Source: Gemmatimonadota bacterium | GTDB lineage: Bacteria; Gemmatimonadota; Gemmatimonadetes; Palauibacterales; Palauibacteraceae | Assembly (NCBI GenBank): GCA_963666735.1 | Contig: OY762926.1 | Span: forward strand, 1,376,001-1,440,000 | Direction of reading: 5' to 3' | DNA: 64,000 nucleotides | In this document: piece after piece, positions 35,657 to 45,473 of the stretch | Layout: the number at the start of each line of letters is the position of its first letter | Numbering within the stretch: position 1 is the stretch's first letter | Notes under the pieces: model-generated | Told to the model about the DNA's origin: nothing | Databases searched by the model: none | Seen by the model: only the letters and a program-made list of their open reading frames with translations | Program-made: the position numbers and the translations under genes

Positions 35657-37254
35657 CCCGGGGGCTGACGTTCCTGGCCTGTCTCGCGGTCGCGCTTCCC
35701 GCCAGCGCGCAGGAGGTCGGCATCGCCGACGCCGCGATCACGCTCTCGGCCAGCGGCCGGGCCGAACTGTGGTTCGAACTGGAGAGCGGAACAGAGCATC
35801 GACTTCGCTTCGAGGGCGAGACCGTCGAGGTCGACGGAATCGGGGTCGGATCCTATGCGGAGCGCGGCGGCCTGGAGAGCGCCTGGCGCGAGTTCCTCCG
35901 CGAACACGCGGGAGAGGATGCTCCCGCGGTGCGCGGCGGCCTGGTCGATTTCCGGCGGTTCCTGGAGGAGTGGAGATCGTCGGAGGAGGCCACCGACCGG
36001 GACGCGGCCCTGGCCCTCGCCGGTCGGATCGACGCGATTCTCGGGCTCGCCGCGCCGTCGCCGACCGGCGCGGCGCCCGCCCTTCCGACGGGCGAGGCGG
36101 CGCCGGCGGTGTCCGATCGATCCGGACCCATGCAGATCGTTCCCGGCGGACTGGGTTTCGACGTCACCGGCGAGCTGGATCGCCTGCGCGACGCGCTCGA
36201 CCGGCTCGGCGACTCCGGCGAGTCCATTGAGGATGGGCTGGCCATGATCGTCCACGGCGACTATGAGGTCCTCGCCGAGGCCACGATCCCCGGAGATGTC
36301 GCCATTCTCGACGGAACACTGCGACTCGCCGGGGGCGTCGAGGGCGACATCCTCGTGCTGGACGGCACGCTCGTGCTGGACGGCGGCGCCCGCGTGCGAG
36401 GCGACGTGCTTCAGGTGGGAGGCGACGTCGACTTCAGCGAGGAGGCGACGAGCGTCGAAGGGGAGATCCTCTCCGACATCCGGCTGGCGCCTTCGGAACC
36501 CTCCGCGAGGTCGGCGCCGGACGCTCCCTCCGTTCAGCGGGTCGAGTCGTTCGAAGCCCCGATGCGGATGCGGCCGGCGCAGCCGGGCCTCGGATCGCGT
36601 CTCGCGCGCAACTTCGGACGGGCCGCGGAGGGCGTGGTCGCCGCGGGGTGCGCGTTCATCGTCCTCGCCGCCCTCGGCTTGCTGCTCGTGTATTTCGGGC
36701 GCCGCCGACTGGAAACCGTCTCGGATACGGTTCGGCTGGAGTTCGCCCGTTCGTTTGCCATGGGCCTCGCCGGGGAGGTGCTGTTCCTTCCCGTGCTTCT
36801 CGTCCTCACGGTGCTGGTCATCACTATCCCGGTCGCACTCTTCCTCATTCCCGCAGTGGGGTTCGCCCAAGTCGCCGGATATCTTGCGGCGGCGCACGCC
36901 GGCGGCGAGATCTTCGCCCGACGCCGCTTCCGCTCCGAATGGCTGGAGAGACTCCGCCGCTCGAACTCCTATTACTACGTCGTCAGCGGACTCGCGCTTC
37001 TGATGCTCCCCTTCGCCGCCGGCGCCGTCCTGTGGGTGTTCGGCGGCGCGGCGGACTTCGTACGCGGCCTGATCCTCTTCGTAGCCATCGTCGGCACATG
37101 GGTCGTCGTCACGGCCGGTTTCGGGGGCGTCCTGCTCACGCGGGCCGGCGGAAGGAGCGTCGTGATCGACTGGTCCGCGGACAGCGCCCCCGATGGCGGT
37201 GCGTCGCCGGGGGCCGGGACCGATACGCCATCCAACACCGTAGATGATGCCTGA
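35653..37254 (+). CDS. Exported/membrane protein with bactofilin-like (polymer-forming) beta-helix repeats and C-terminal TM bundle
   Basis: Signal peptide ending ASA-Q; repeats GDVAILDGTL/GDILVLDGTL/GDVLQVGGDV; about 5 TM helices; ATGA overlap with the anti-sigma gene. Confidence 0.7.
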   Translation: MTRGLTFLACLAVALPASAQEVGIADAAITLSASGRAELWFELESGTEHRLRFEGETVEVDGIGVGSYAERGGLESAWREFLREHAGEDAPAVRGGLVDFRRFLEEWRSSEEATDRDAALALAGRIDAILGLAAPSPTGAAPALPTGEAAPAVSDRSGPMQIVPGGLGFDVTGELDRLRDALDRLGDSGESIEDGLAMIVHGDYEVLAEATIPGDVAILDGTLRLAGGVEGDILVLDGTLVLDGGARVRGDVLQVGGDVDFSEEATSVEGEILSDIRLAPSEPSARSAPDAPSVQRVESFEAPMRMRPAQPGLGSRLARNFGRAAEGVVAAGCAFIVLAALGLLLVYFGRRRLETVSDTVRLEFARSFAMGLAGEVLFLPVLLVLTVLVITIPVALFLIPAVGFAQVAGYLAAAHAGGEIFARRRFRSEWLERLRRSNSYYYVVSGLALLMLPFAAGAVLWVFGGAADFVRGLILFVAIVGTWVVVTAGFGGVLLTRAGGRSVVIDWSADSAPDGGASPGAGTDTPSNTVDDA

Positions 37255-38176
37255 TGCTCCGCTGGCCCGCGCGGCGGCGCGGATGCTGCCGGTCGTGCTC
37301 GTTTCGCTGTCGCTCGGCGGAGCGCTGACGCCGGGCGCCGCGCAGGAGTGGCGGGACTTCCGGACGGCGCGGCAACTGGGCGACCTGGAAGCGCTGAAGA
37401 TCGAACTGATGTACGCGGGCGGGCGACTCGACGTATCCCCGTCGGACACACAACTGCTTTACGATGTGCGGCTCCGTTACGACGCCGAACGTTCCCTGCC
37501 CCGTCGCGGATGGCGCCGAGCCGGTCGAACGGGGCACTTTCGGCTGGCCACGGCTTCGTCTTCCGAGGACCGGCGCGATGCCGCCGAAGCGATGCGGTCC
37601 GGCGAGCTGGAAATCGAGCTCGAGGATCTCCCTCGCGATGCGGACGCGGCGGGAAGGCTGGACCTGTCGCTGAACTCCTCGGTGCCCACGGATCTGCGGC
37701 TGGGGATCGGTGCCGGACGAGCGCGCCTCGACCTCGGCGGCGCCCACCTTACGGCGCTTGAGATCATCACCGGAGCCGGCGACGTGGAGGTCGGTTTCGC
37801 CCGCGAGAACCGCGCGGCAATGGAGTTGCTGTCCATCAAGTCGGGCGCGACCGCCTTCATGGCCGAGAACCTCGGCAACGCCCGGTTCCGGCGCCTGGAG
37901 TTCTACGGTTTCGTCGGCGACGTGGTCCTGGACTTCTCGGGATCCTGGCGATCGAGCGCCGAGGCCGAGATCAGGATGGGGCTGGGCGAACTCCTGATGC
38001 GGGTTCCGGCGCATATCGGCGTCCGCGTTCGGCGTAGCGGACTCGCCTCACTGAACGCGGCGGATTTCAAGAAGGTGGGAGACTACTGGTTGAGCCCGAA
38101 CTGGGAGACGGCACGCGTGCGGCTGGAGATCACGCTGGTCGCCGGGCTCGGCTCCGTCATCGTGGAGCACGGCTAA
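37244..38176 (+). CDS. Exported beta-repeat protein, LiaF/DUF2154 (toast-rack)-like
   Basis: Signal peptide; repeating GAGRARLD/GAGDVEV/GVGD/GLGELL beta units. Confidence 0.55.
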   Translation: MMPDAPLARAAARMLPVVLVSLSLGGALTPGAAQEWRDFRTARQLGDLEALKIELMYAGGRLDVSPSDTQLLYDVRLRYDAERSLPRRGWRRAGRTGHFRLATASSSEDRRDAAEAMRSGELEIELEDLPRDADAAGRLDLSLNSSVPTDLRLGIGAGRARLDLGGAHLTALEIITGAGDVEVGFARENRAAMELLSIKSGATAFMAENLGNARFRRLEFYGFVGDVVLDFSGSWRSSAEAEIRMGLGELLMRVPAHIGVRVRRSGLASLNAADFKKVGDYWLSPNWETARVRLEITLVAGLGSVIVEHG

Positions 38177-39081
38177 CCCTCCTCGCGGCCGGCTTCCACC
38201 GCCTCCAGGCGGGCGACGGCCTCGGACGCGATCCCTGCGAAAGCCCGGGATTCCGGTGCGTCCGGTCTTCCGATCGACGTCGGGACCCCTCGATCGCTCT
38301 CCTCGCGAACCGCCACGCCGAGCGGCACGGCGCCCAGGAAGGGCACGTCGATCGAACCGGCGAGTCGCTCACCGCCGCCGGCGCCGAAGATGTTGTGCGT
38401 CTCGCCACACCCGGGACACGCGAAACCGCGCATGTTCTCGACGATGCCGAGAACCGGCACCTCGAGCTTCTCGAACATCCGGATACCGCGCAGCACGCCA
38501 CCGACCGCCACATCCTGGGGCGTGGTCACCATCACCGCTCCGTCCACGCGCACGAGTTGACACAGCGACAACTGCGCGTCGCCCGTTCCCGGCGGCAGAT
38601 CGATCACGAGGTAGTCGAGTTCCCCCCATGCGACCTGCTGGAGGAACTGGCGGATGACCCCCATGATGATGGGTCCGCGCCAGATCGCCGGGGCGTCCTC
38701 TTCGATGAGAAAGCCGATGCTCATGAGCTTCACCCCGTGCGCCACCAGGGGCACGACCTCTTCGCGGTCGATCCGGGGCTTCTCCTGGATACCGAACATC
38801 GTCGGGATGTCCGGGCCGTAGATGTCTGCGTCGAGCAAGCCGACGCGATGGCCCTGCCGGGTCCAAGTCGCGGCAAGATTCGTCGAGATCGTGGATTTTC
38901 CGACGCCGCCCTTACCCGAACTCACCGCGACAACGCGACCCACGCCCGGCATGGGCGGCGCCTGCGAGGGATGCCGGCGCGCCTCTTCGCGGTGCCCTCC
39001 CTTCGGCGGCGGCCCCTGGCGCCCGGGCGGGGGGTCCATGATCGGAAGCGGCCGGGGGCCGCGAGTCGGTTTGTCGGACAC
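38173..39081 (-). CDS. Mrp/ApbC/NBP35 Fe-S cluster carrier ATPase
   Basis: SGKGGVGKST, DADIYGP, DLPPGTGD, VTTPQ, ENM, CPGC. Confidence 0.95.
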   Translation of the reverse strand: MSDKPTRGPRPLPIMDPPPGRQGPPPKGGHREEARRHPSQAPPMPGVGRVVAVSSGKGGVGKSTISTNLAATWTRQGHRVGLLDADIYGPDIPTMFGIQEKPRIDREEVVPLVAHGVKLMSIGFLIEEDAPAIWRGPIIMGVIRQFLQQVAWGELDYLVIDLPPGTGDAQLSLCQLVRVDGAVMVTTPQDVAVGGVLRGIRMFEKLEVPVLGIVENMRGFACPGCGETHNIFGAGGGERLAGSIDVPFLGAVPLGVAVREESDRGVPTSIGRPDAPESRAFAGIASEAVARLEAVEAGREEG

Positions 39082-39095
39082 GGGTCGGCGCTCGA

Positions 39096-39347
39096 CTACG
39101 CGACGGCCTCCACGGAATGGACTATTGGAAGCGCATGGCAGAGGTGCTGTTCGATCCCGGCACGAAGCGTGGCGGTCGACATGGGACAGTCGTAACAGGC
39201 GCCGACGAGCCGGACCGCGACGCGTCCGCTTTCCGCGTCGAACGAAACGAGTTGAATGTCCCCTCCATCCACGCGCACCGCGGGACGGATGTCGTCGAGG
39301 AATCTCTCGATCTCATCGAGTGTGCTCTCAACGGTGGCGATGCTCAA
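39096..39347 (-). CDS. NifU C-terminal/Nfu domain Fe-S protein
   Basis: IRPAVRVDGGDIQLV...GACYDCPMSTATLRAGIE; TTG 39347. Confidence 0.88.
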   Translation of the reverse strand: MSIATVESTLDEIERFLDDIRPAVRVDGGDIQLVSFDAESGRVAVRLVGACYDCPMSTATLRAGIEQHLCHALPIVHSVEAVA

Positions 39348-39454
39348 ATCGTTTGGATCCTGGCGCGGGTCGGGGAGCGCTTCCGTGCCCTGCCGGCACC
39401 TCGAAGTCGACGTTCCAGCGGGCTTGAGAAAGGTAGGATTCCGCCGTCCGGCGG

Positions 39455-41854
39455 TCAACGAGAGCCGGGCAGAAATCGGAGCTCGCTTTCCGCCGTTGCG
39501 GACGGCCGGCCCGGGCGGAGTTCGATGAGCGGACTCTCGGTCCACACGGCTCCCATGTCTCGATAGTGTGGATCGAGCGGGTTCCCGGCCTGGCCCGTGG
39601 GCAGCAGGAAGTAGCCCGCCATGTCCGCGGGCGCGGCGCGAGCGACGAATCTCGCGCTGGGGCCGTATTCGCTCACGACCGGGGACCGCCACGCCGTGGA
39701 GTCGAGACGCGATCTCAGAGACGGGGCGTCGGGGCGAACCGTGTGGGGCCCGCCACGCGACGGATAGGGTCCGACGTGGAAACCGAACAGGCGGTCGAGC
39801 AACGCCACGGTTCCGAGCGGGTGGGCCGACCGCTCGCGGTGGATTTCTCCCCACGAGCTCGCGGGTACGCCCGCCGCGGTGCGGGCCGCCTCTTCCTCCA
39901 GCGTCTCGAGGCGCTCGACCTCCGGCGTGCGCGCATCGTCGATCCAGGCGCTGTCGCCGGTCTCGACGATCTCCATGAACGCGAGATCGGGGAACCACCC
40001 GTCTCCGCCCTCGAACTCGTCGGCGACGATGAGTTCGCGCAGGCGGTAGAGCCAGGTGAAGAAGGGGACGGCGCCCCGACTTTCCGTTTCGGTACGCAGG
40101 TCCCAGCGTTCGAGCCGAAGCGCGAGCGAATCGAGGCCCGCGCGGCGCGCGGCGCGGACGGCGCGTGGCCGGTAGCGCTCGGCCCAGAGGCTGTGGCTGT
40201 CCAGCTGCGCCTCGCGCATGTCCTCCACCGTCCAGTCCGACGCCCGAGACACGAGGTCATCGATGCGCCGGGCCCGGAACGGCGCCGGATAGTACGCGCC
40301 CACTCGTCCGAACAGGGGCCGCGCCTGGAGGTTGTTCGCGCTGACCAGATATCCCCGTCCCGGATCTCGTAGCGCCGGCATCGCCTCCGGTGGCCAGAAG
40401 CCCGGCCAGCCCGCGGGCAGGCGCTCGAAGGAGATCGGGGAGGCGCCCTCTCCCGTCCGGCGCAGGGGCACGGACCCCGCCATGCGGTAGCCGATCTCTC
40501 CGCTCGACGCCGCATAGATCACGTTCTGGTGGGGCGAGCGAAAGTACGCGACCGCCTCCACGAACGCGTCAACATCGGAGGCCCGGTTCATCCGGAGGAG
40601 CGCCGCAAAGGGACCCCCGGGCTCAAGTCCCGTCCACAGCAGCGACAGCGTGAGTCCTCCGGCCGGGACGACGTCCGTGATCACCGGGCCGCGCGCCGTC
40701 GAACGTACCACCCAGGTCTCCGGCTCGTCGCGACCCCGCACGTGGATCTCCTCCGTACGGGTTCTGAAGGGTCGCCAGTCATCGGGGTCGCGATACATGG
40801 ACCCGTCGAGGTTGATGCTTTCGACGATGAAGTCCGCGTCGTCCACCTCCGCGTTCGTGAACGACCACGCGACACCCCGGTTGAGCCCGACGATGACGCC
40901 GGGAGCTCCCGGGATGGAGAGGCCCGCCACGGCCAGGTCCGAATCCTCGGCCACGATGGAGTTGAGGTACCATGTGGACGGCGCGCGGAGGGCGAGGTGC
41001 ATGTCGTTTGCGAGCAGCGGAACGCCATCCGCGGTGCGCGAGCCCGCCAGAGCCCACGAGTTCGAGGCGTGGAAGCCGAAGCGGGAGAGATAGGTCAAAG
41101 GGTCGGGGGATGAAGCCGCGGCGCCCGGGTCCGGAGGCATCGGGGTCTCCGCGAAGGCGATACGCGGCGGCGCGGTGCCGGAGGGGAGCGTGTCCTGGAG
41201 GATGGTGGGCCCCCACGCGGGGTATCCGGCCCCCAGCGCCCGACGGTGATCCGCGTCGAGCGTCGCGAGCGCCGTGATCCGGTCCAGTTCCTCCCGCCAC
41301 TCGGAGAGATCCAGCGACATGATGCGCCCGATCGAAAGGGACGCCTGCGGACTCCAGCGCTGCGGCTCGATGCCGAGGATAAGGAATTCGGGGGGCCACG
41401 GCCCTCGCCAGCTCGCGATGCGGGCGTTGACGCCCTCCGCGTAGGCTTCGAGCAGGGCCTGCTCCGATTCCGCCATGTCGTCGAGTTCGCGGCCCGCCGC
41501 CGACCACAGGTCCAGCGTGCGCGCAAGGCGGTCCGCGTCCAGGGCGATCGGACCGAAGAGTTCGGCCAAGCGTCCGCGCGCGACCCGCTGGAAGAGTTCC
41601 ATCTGCCACAACCGGTCCGAGGCGTGCATGAACCCCTGGACGCGCATGACGTCGAGTTCGGTCCCGGCGGCGATGGAGGGAACCGCCCACTCGTCGAACG
41701 TGACGACGGCCGGCTCCGCCAGGCCCGGGAGGACGTGCCGGCCGGATCGCGGCTGCATGGATCGTTGCAGATGGAACCACGCAAACGTCGTGAGAACCCC
41801 CACAACCACAAGGCCGGCCGCCAGCGCGACTCCCGCTCGGCGCCGAAGGCTCAT
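39455..41854 (-). CDS. Penicillin acylase family (S45) Ntn hydrolase
   Basis: DRLWQMEL, beta-chain nucleophile SNSWAL, LANDMHL, PTGQAG; N-terminal anchor. Confidence 0.93.
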   Translation of the reverse strand: MSLRRRAGVALAAGLVVVGVLTTFAWFHLQRSMQPRSGRHVLPGLAEPAVVTFDEWAVPSIAAGTELDVMRVQGFMHASDRLWQMELFQRVARGRLAELFGPIALDADRLARTLDLWSAAGRELDDMAESEQALLEAYAEGVNARIASWRGPWPPEFLILGIEPQRWSPQASLSIGRIMSLDLSEWREELDRITALATLDADHRRALGAGYPAWGPTILQDTLPSGTAPPRIAFAETPMPPDPGAAASSPDPLTYLSRFGFHASNSWALAGSRTADGVPLLANDMHLALRAPSTWYLNSIVAEDSDLAVAGLSIPGAPGVIVGLNRGVAWSFTNAEVDDADFIVESINLDGSMYRDPDDWRPFRTRTEEIHVRGRDEPETWVVRSTARGPVITDVVPAGGLTLSLLWTGLEPGGPFAALLRMNRASDVDAFVEAVAYFRSPHQNVIYAASSGEIGYRMAGSVPLRRTGEGASPISFERLPAGWPGFWPPEAMPALRDPGRGYLVSANNLQARPLFGRVGAYYPAPFRARRIDDLVSRASDWTVEDMREAQLDSHSLWAERYRPRAVRAARRAGLDSLALRLERWDLRTETESRGAVPFFTWLYRLRELIVADEFEGGDGWFPDLAFMEIVETGDSAWIDDARTPEVERLETLEEEAARTAAGVPASSWGEIHRERSAHPLGTVALLDRLFGFHVGPYPSRGGPHTVRPDAPSLRSRLDSTAWRSPVVSEYGPSARFVARAAPADMAGYFLLPTGQAGNPLDPHYRDMGAVWTESPLIELRPGRPSATAESELRFLPGSR

Positions 41855-42426
41855 GGGTCCCCGCCGTCCGCCGGAGCGGGAGACTGCGGCTCCGCATCGA
41901 GCAGGGCGTGGCGTAGCGACACATACCGCTCGCCGTCACGAATGACGAGCGCCCGGGCGACAAGGTCATCGAGCAGCCCGCGTACCCGGTCGAGAGGAAG
42001 TTCGAGCCGGTCGGCGAGCGGAGACGCGCCGGTGCGGCCGAGACTCCATATCTCGCGCCACACCGCGGAGGCGCCGGGATCGAGCGCGCCCATCAGCAAC
42101 GGTTCCCCGTCGGTACTCTCGGCAGCGGCCGCGAGCCCCCGGTGCCGCAGGACCGAGTCGATCGGCCCGAGGTGGTGCTCCGCGATCCCGCGAAAGAGGA
42201 TGAAGGACCGGCGCGGCGAGGCGTCCGAACCGAGCAGGACCAGCTTCGCGACGATTTCGTCCGCGCAGGAGAAATCGATCACGGGGACGTGGCGCAGGTC
42301 GAGGACCGCGAGGACGGTGCGGTCGGCATCGGCGATCTGGCGTTCGACCGTCGCCCGCACCGTCCGTCCGGTCGGACGCGTGACGAGGTAGCTGAACAGC
42401 GTCGTGTGGGCGACCGCCGGTCTCAC
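41851..42426 (-). CDS. STAS-like (DUF4325-type) plus C-terminal winged-helix protein
   Basis: LVTRPTG, VLDLRHVPVIDFSCADEIVAKL (STAS-like); GASPLADRLELPLDRVRGLLDDLVARALV (wHTH-like); start uncertain. Confidence 0.65.
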   Translation of the reverse strand: MRPAVAHTTLFSYLVTRPTGRTVRATVERQIADADRTVLAVLDLRHVPVIDFSCADEIVAKLVLLGSDASPRRSFILFRGIAEHHLGPIDSVLRHRGLAAAAESTDGEPLLMGALDPGASAVWREIWSLGRTGASPLADRLELPLDRVRGLLDDLVARALVIRDGERYVSLRHALLDAEPQSPAPADGGDP

Positions 42427-42430
42427 GCGA

Positions 42431-43333
42431 TCATGTCCCTTCTCTCTCGACCCGCTCGGGCAGGACAATCAGCACCTGAGCGCCGGGAAAACGGGGCAGA
42501 TCCGTGCTGAGCGGCTCGCCTTCGTCCCAGTCCGGCACCCTTGCGATGCTCGCATCGCCGCTTCGGATGCGGATGGCGCCGTTCCACTTGATGATCTGGC
42601 TTCGGATCGCCTGCAGGCCCTGGCCGCGACCGGGATCCGCGAAGCGCGACTCGCCGCGCAGAAAGGCCGCTTCCAACGCGGCTGCCGCCGACCACCGCTC
42701 TCCATAGCGGCGCGCATGCTCGGCGCCCAGGGAGCCCTCGAAGCCCACGCCCACATCCATCACGGCGAGCACGACGACGTCGCGGCCCAGACGTCGCTGC
42801 CACCGGTACCGCTGCGCACACACCCAGCCGATCGAGTTGGCGTGTTCGAGGATGTTCTGGCACACCTCCGACAGCATGACGGAGAAGTGGATCACGGCGG
42901 GGCGGGGGTAGCCGAGCCGATCGTGCAGGATGCGCTGCGCCCGGTCCCGCACACCCTCCACGACCGAATGGACATCCTCGTGCGAGCGGATCGTCGTGAC
43001 TTCGATGAGGGCATCGGAGATCTCGAGAGACGGCTTCGGCAGCTGCTTCAGATCGAACACCTGTGCGGCGGCGGGCCAGAAGCGCATGCGGTTGATGTAG
43101 GAACGGACCTCGGAATCTCGCGGAGGCTCGATCAGCGGAGGCAGCCCCGTGCGAAGGCGCGCCTCCTGACCGACCGCCAGCAGGCCGATGAGCCCGTACG
43201 GCGACACCCAGCCGACGGAGCGGGCATCGAGCAGGAGACGGGCCGCCGGATTGCCCTCCGACCGGACGCGCCGGACCAGCGTCTCGAAGGAAACCTCGTC
43301 CAGGCGTTCGGGGACGCGGACGACCCGGCTCAC
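42431..43333 (-). CDS. N-terminal STAS-like plus GHKL/HATPase_c (RsbW/SpoIIAB-like) kinase
   Basis: N-box SEVCQNILEHA, G1 DVGVG, G2 GRGQGL; no HisKA His box; GTGA overlap with the PfkB gene. Confidence 0.75.
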   Translation of the reverse strand: MSRVVRVPERLDEVSFETLVRRVRSEGNPAARLLLDARSVGWVSPYGLIGLLAVGQEARLRTGLPPLIEPPRDSEVRSYINRMRFWPAAAQVFDLKQLPKPSLEISDALIEVTTIRSHEDVHSVVEGVRDRAQRILHDRLGYPRPAVIHFSVMLSEVCQNILEHANSIGWVCAQRYRWQRRLGRDVVVLAVMDVGVGFEGSLGAEHARRYGERWSAAAALEAAFLRGESRFADPGRGQGLQAIRSQIIKWNGAIRIRSGDASIARVPDWDEGEPLSTDLPRFPGAQVLIVLPERVEREGT

Positions 43334-44355
43334 GCGGCCCCGCCCGCCGGACACCCGGCCCTGCCGGTCAGGAGGCCGGTCTCGGAGCGCAGGTACTCGC
43401 CGAGTCCGGATGCGCCGCGGAATCCAGCGTTCCGTTGCGCCGCCCGCGTCGCCGCCCCGACGGACGACTCGAGATCCTCGCCGCTCAGCATCGTGACGAA
43501 GCAGGTCGCCCCCCACACGTCTCCGCAGCCGGTCGGGTCGCCCCCGGACACCGGCACCTCGGGCTCCACCTTCCCGCTCACGAGCGCTTCCGCAGGCGCA
43601 ACGGCGCCGGGCGGCGGGGGCGCATCGGCCGGCGCCTGCCAGAAGCTGCGGGTCGCGACCCAGGCGGCGCCCCGCTCCCCGAGCGTGACGAGGAGGCCGC
43701 GCGTGACCGGACCCACCACGTCCGCGGCGAGCGCCCATGGATCTTCCCAGCCCGCCGCCAGCATGCCGAGTTCATCCTCGTTCAGCTGCACGACATCGAA
43801 ACAGGAGAGCCAGGCGCGCCAGTCGTCGAGCGGACGCGGAGATCGCACTCCGTCCGTCCCCACTCCGAGCATCAACGAGTGCAGATCGGCATAGACCGGC
43901 CCTCCCGTCGCCGCCCGCAGCGCCGCGGCGGCGGGGAGGTCCACCTCCCAGCCGGCGATGAAATTCACGTAGATCGCGTCGCACGAGCGTGCGAGGGGCA
44001 CGAGTTCCTCCCGGGTCCAGCCCGGCACTCCGCCCGTGAGCTTCTCGGAGCGCCGCGCGTCATCGAGGTAAATGAGTTCGACCCGGTTGTTCGGTTCCGT
44101 CACGGTCCACACGCCATCGAAGGAGTCGACCCGCTCGAGCCCCCCGAGGAAGAGGTCCGCCGCCTCGCGCATGTCCCTTCCGATCTTGAGAATCGGAAAC
44201 AGCGTCCAGCCTTCCCCGGCCTCCGCCAGGGCGGCGTCGGCGGCAGCCAGCGCGTAGCCGATCCCTCCCCATTCCTCGACCGGCCCCTCCCGGCCGATGT
44301 CCCGGGCGCGGATCGTATCCCAGACCATCGTCCCCACGACCCCGAGCCGCGGCAT
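43330..44355 (-). CDS. PfkB/ribokinase-family carbohydrate kinase
   Basis: VVGTMVWD, QLNEDE, VTLGERG, DPTGCGD. Confidence 0.85.
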   Translation of the reverse strand: MPRLGVVGTMVWDTIRARDIGREGPVEEWGGIGYALAAADAALAEAGEGWTLFPILKIGRDMREAADLFLGGLERVDSFDGVWTVTEPNNRVELIYLDDARRSEKLTGGVPGWTREELVPLARSCDAIYVNFIAGWEVDLPAAAALRAATGGPVYADLHSLMLGVGTDGVRSPRPLDDWRAWLSCFDVVQLNEDELGMLAAGWEDPWALAADVVGPVTRGLLVTLGERGAAWVATRSFWQAPADAPPPPGAVAPAEALVSGKVEPEVPVSGGDPTGCGDVWGATCFVTMLSGEDLESSVGAATRAAQRNAGFRGASGLGEYLRSETGLLTGRAGCPAGGAA

Positions 44356-44358
44356 GAC

Positions 44359-45351
44359 TCAGAGGGGTCCGAGCCGCGCGACGCGGAACACGGCGGCGGC
44401 CCCGATGACTCCCGCCATGCCGCCGAGTTCGGTGCGCACGATCCGGCAGGCCTCGGCCGCCGGCCGGAACGCCCGCTTCCTGACCTCACGGCGCAATGGA
44501 TCGAAGAGGTGCTTGCCCGCCCGCGTCACCCCCCCGGAAACCACGATCATCTCCGGGTTGAGAACGTTGATGAGGTTCGCCAGGCCGGTCCCGAGATATC
44601 CCGCCGTCTCGCGCATCACGTCGGCGGCATACTGGTCGCCCGCCACGATGGCATCGGATACGGCTTCGGCCGTGACCGCCCGCAGGTCGCCACCCACGAG
44701 ATCCGGAAGCATGCTCTCGGCGCCTGCCTTCAGCCCTTCCACCGCGCGCGCCGCGATCGCGGGCCCGGAGGCGTAGGCCTCCAGGCAACCGTAGCTGCCG
44801 CACGCGCACTTCCGGCCCGTGGAATCGATCGTCATGTGTCCGATCTCCGCGGCCGCGTCCGAGGCTCCGTGGTAGAGTTCGCCGTCGAGCACGATGCCGC
44901 CGCCGATCCCCGTCCCCAGAGTGATACCCACGAGGTTGTCGACCCCCCGCCCCGCGCCCCGCCACCACTCCCCGAGCGTGGCGGCGTTCGCGTCGTTGTC
45001 GAGTTCGGCTTCGAGTCCGGTTCCCTTCACGATCAGGTCGCGGAGAGGGAAGTTCCGCCACCCGAGATTCGGCGTCTCGATCACGGTGCCCGTGTCGCGG
45101 TCCAGCGGCCCGGGCGCCCCCATTCCGACCCCGACGATCGCGTCCTCGTCGAATCCGCCCTCGCGCGCGGCATCGCGCTTGACGTCGCGGATCATCGACA
45201 CGATCCGGTCCACGACGAATTTCGCGCCGATGTGGGCGTCCGTGGGCAGCGAATGCATGCCGAGCACGGTGCCGCCGTCCACCGGAACGGCGCCGACGTT
45301 GATCGTGGTTCCCCCAAGATCGACGCCGATGATGTGGTTTCTTCCGCTCAC
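44359..45351 (-). CDS. ROK-family sugar kinase (glucokinase/NagK-like)
   Basis: GVDLGGT, DNDANAA, LGTGIGGG, EIGH, CACGSYGCLE; no N-terminal HTH; GTG 45351. Confidence 0.92.
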   Translation of the reverse strand: MSGRNHIIGVDLGGTTINVGAVPVDGGTVLGMHSLPTDAHIGAKFVVDRIVSMIRDVKRDAAREGGFDEDAIVGVGMGAPGPLDRDTGTVIETPNLGWRNFPLRDLIVKGTGLEAELDNDANAATLGEWWRGAGRGVDNLVGITLGTGIGGGIVLDGELYHGASDAAAEIGHMTIDSTGRKCACGSYGCLEAYASGPAIAARAVEGLKAGAESMLPDLVGGDLRAVTAEAVSDAIVAGDQYAADVMRETAGYLGTGLANLINVLNPEMIVVSGGVTRAGKHLFDPLRREVRKRAFRPAAEACRIVRTELGGMAGVIGAAAVFRVARLGPL

Positions 45352-45473
45352 GCCCCTACCCGCCTCCCGCTGGTGGGACAGCCCGCCGCCCGGTACGCTT
45401 CGGAGAATCATAGACCGGCGAGCCGAACCGCTCCAGCCGCCCCGGGGCCGGTGATCCTGGCAACCCGTGGCTG

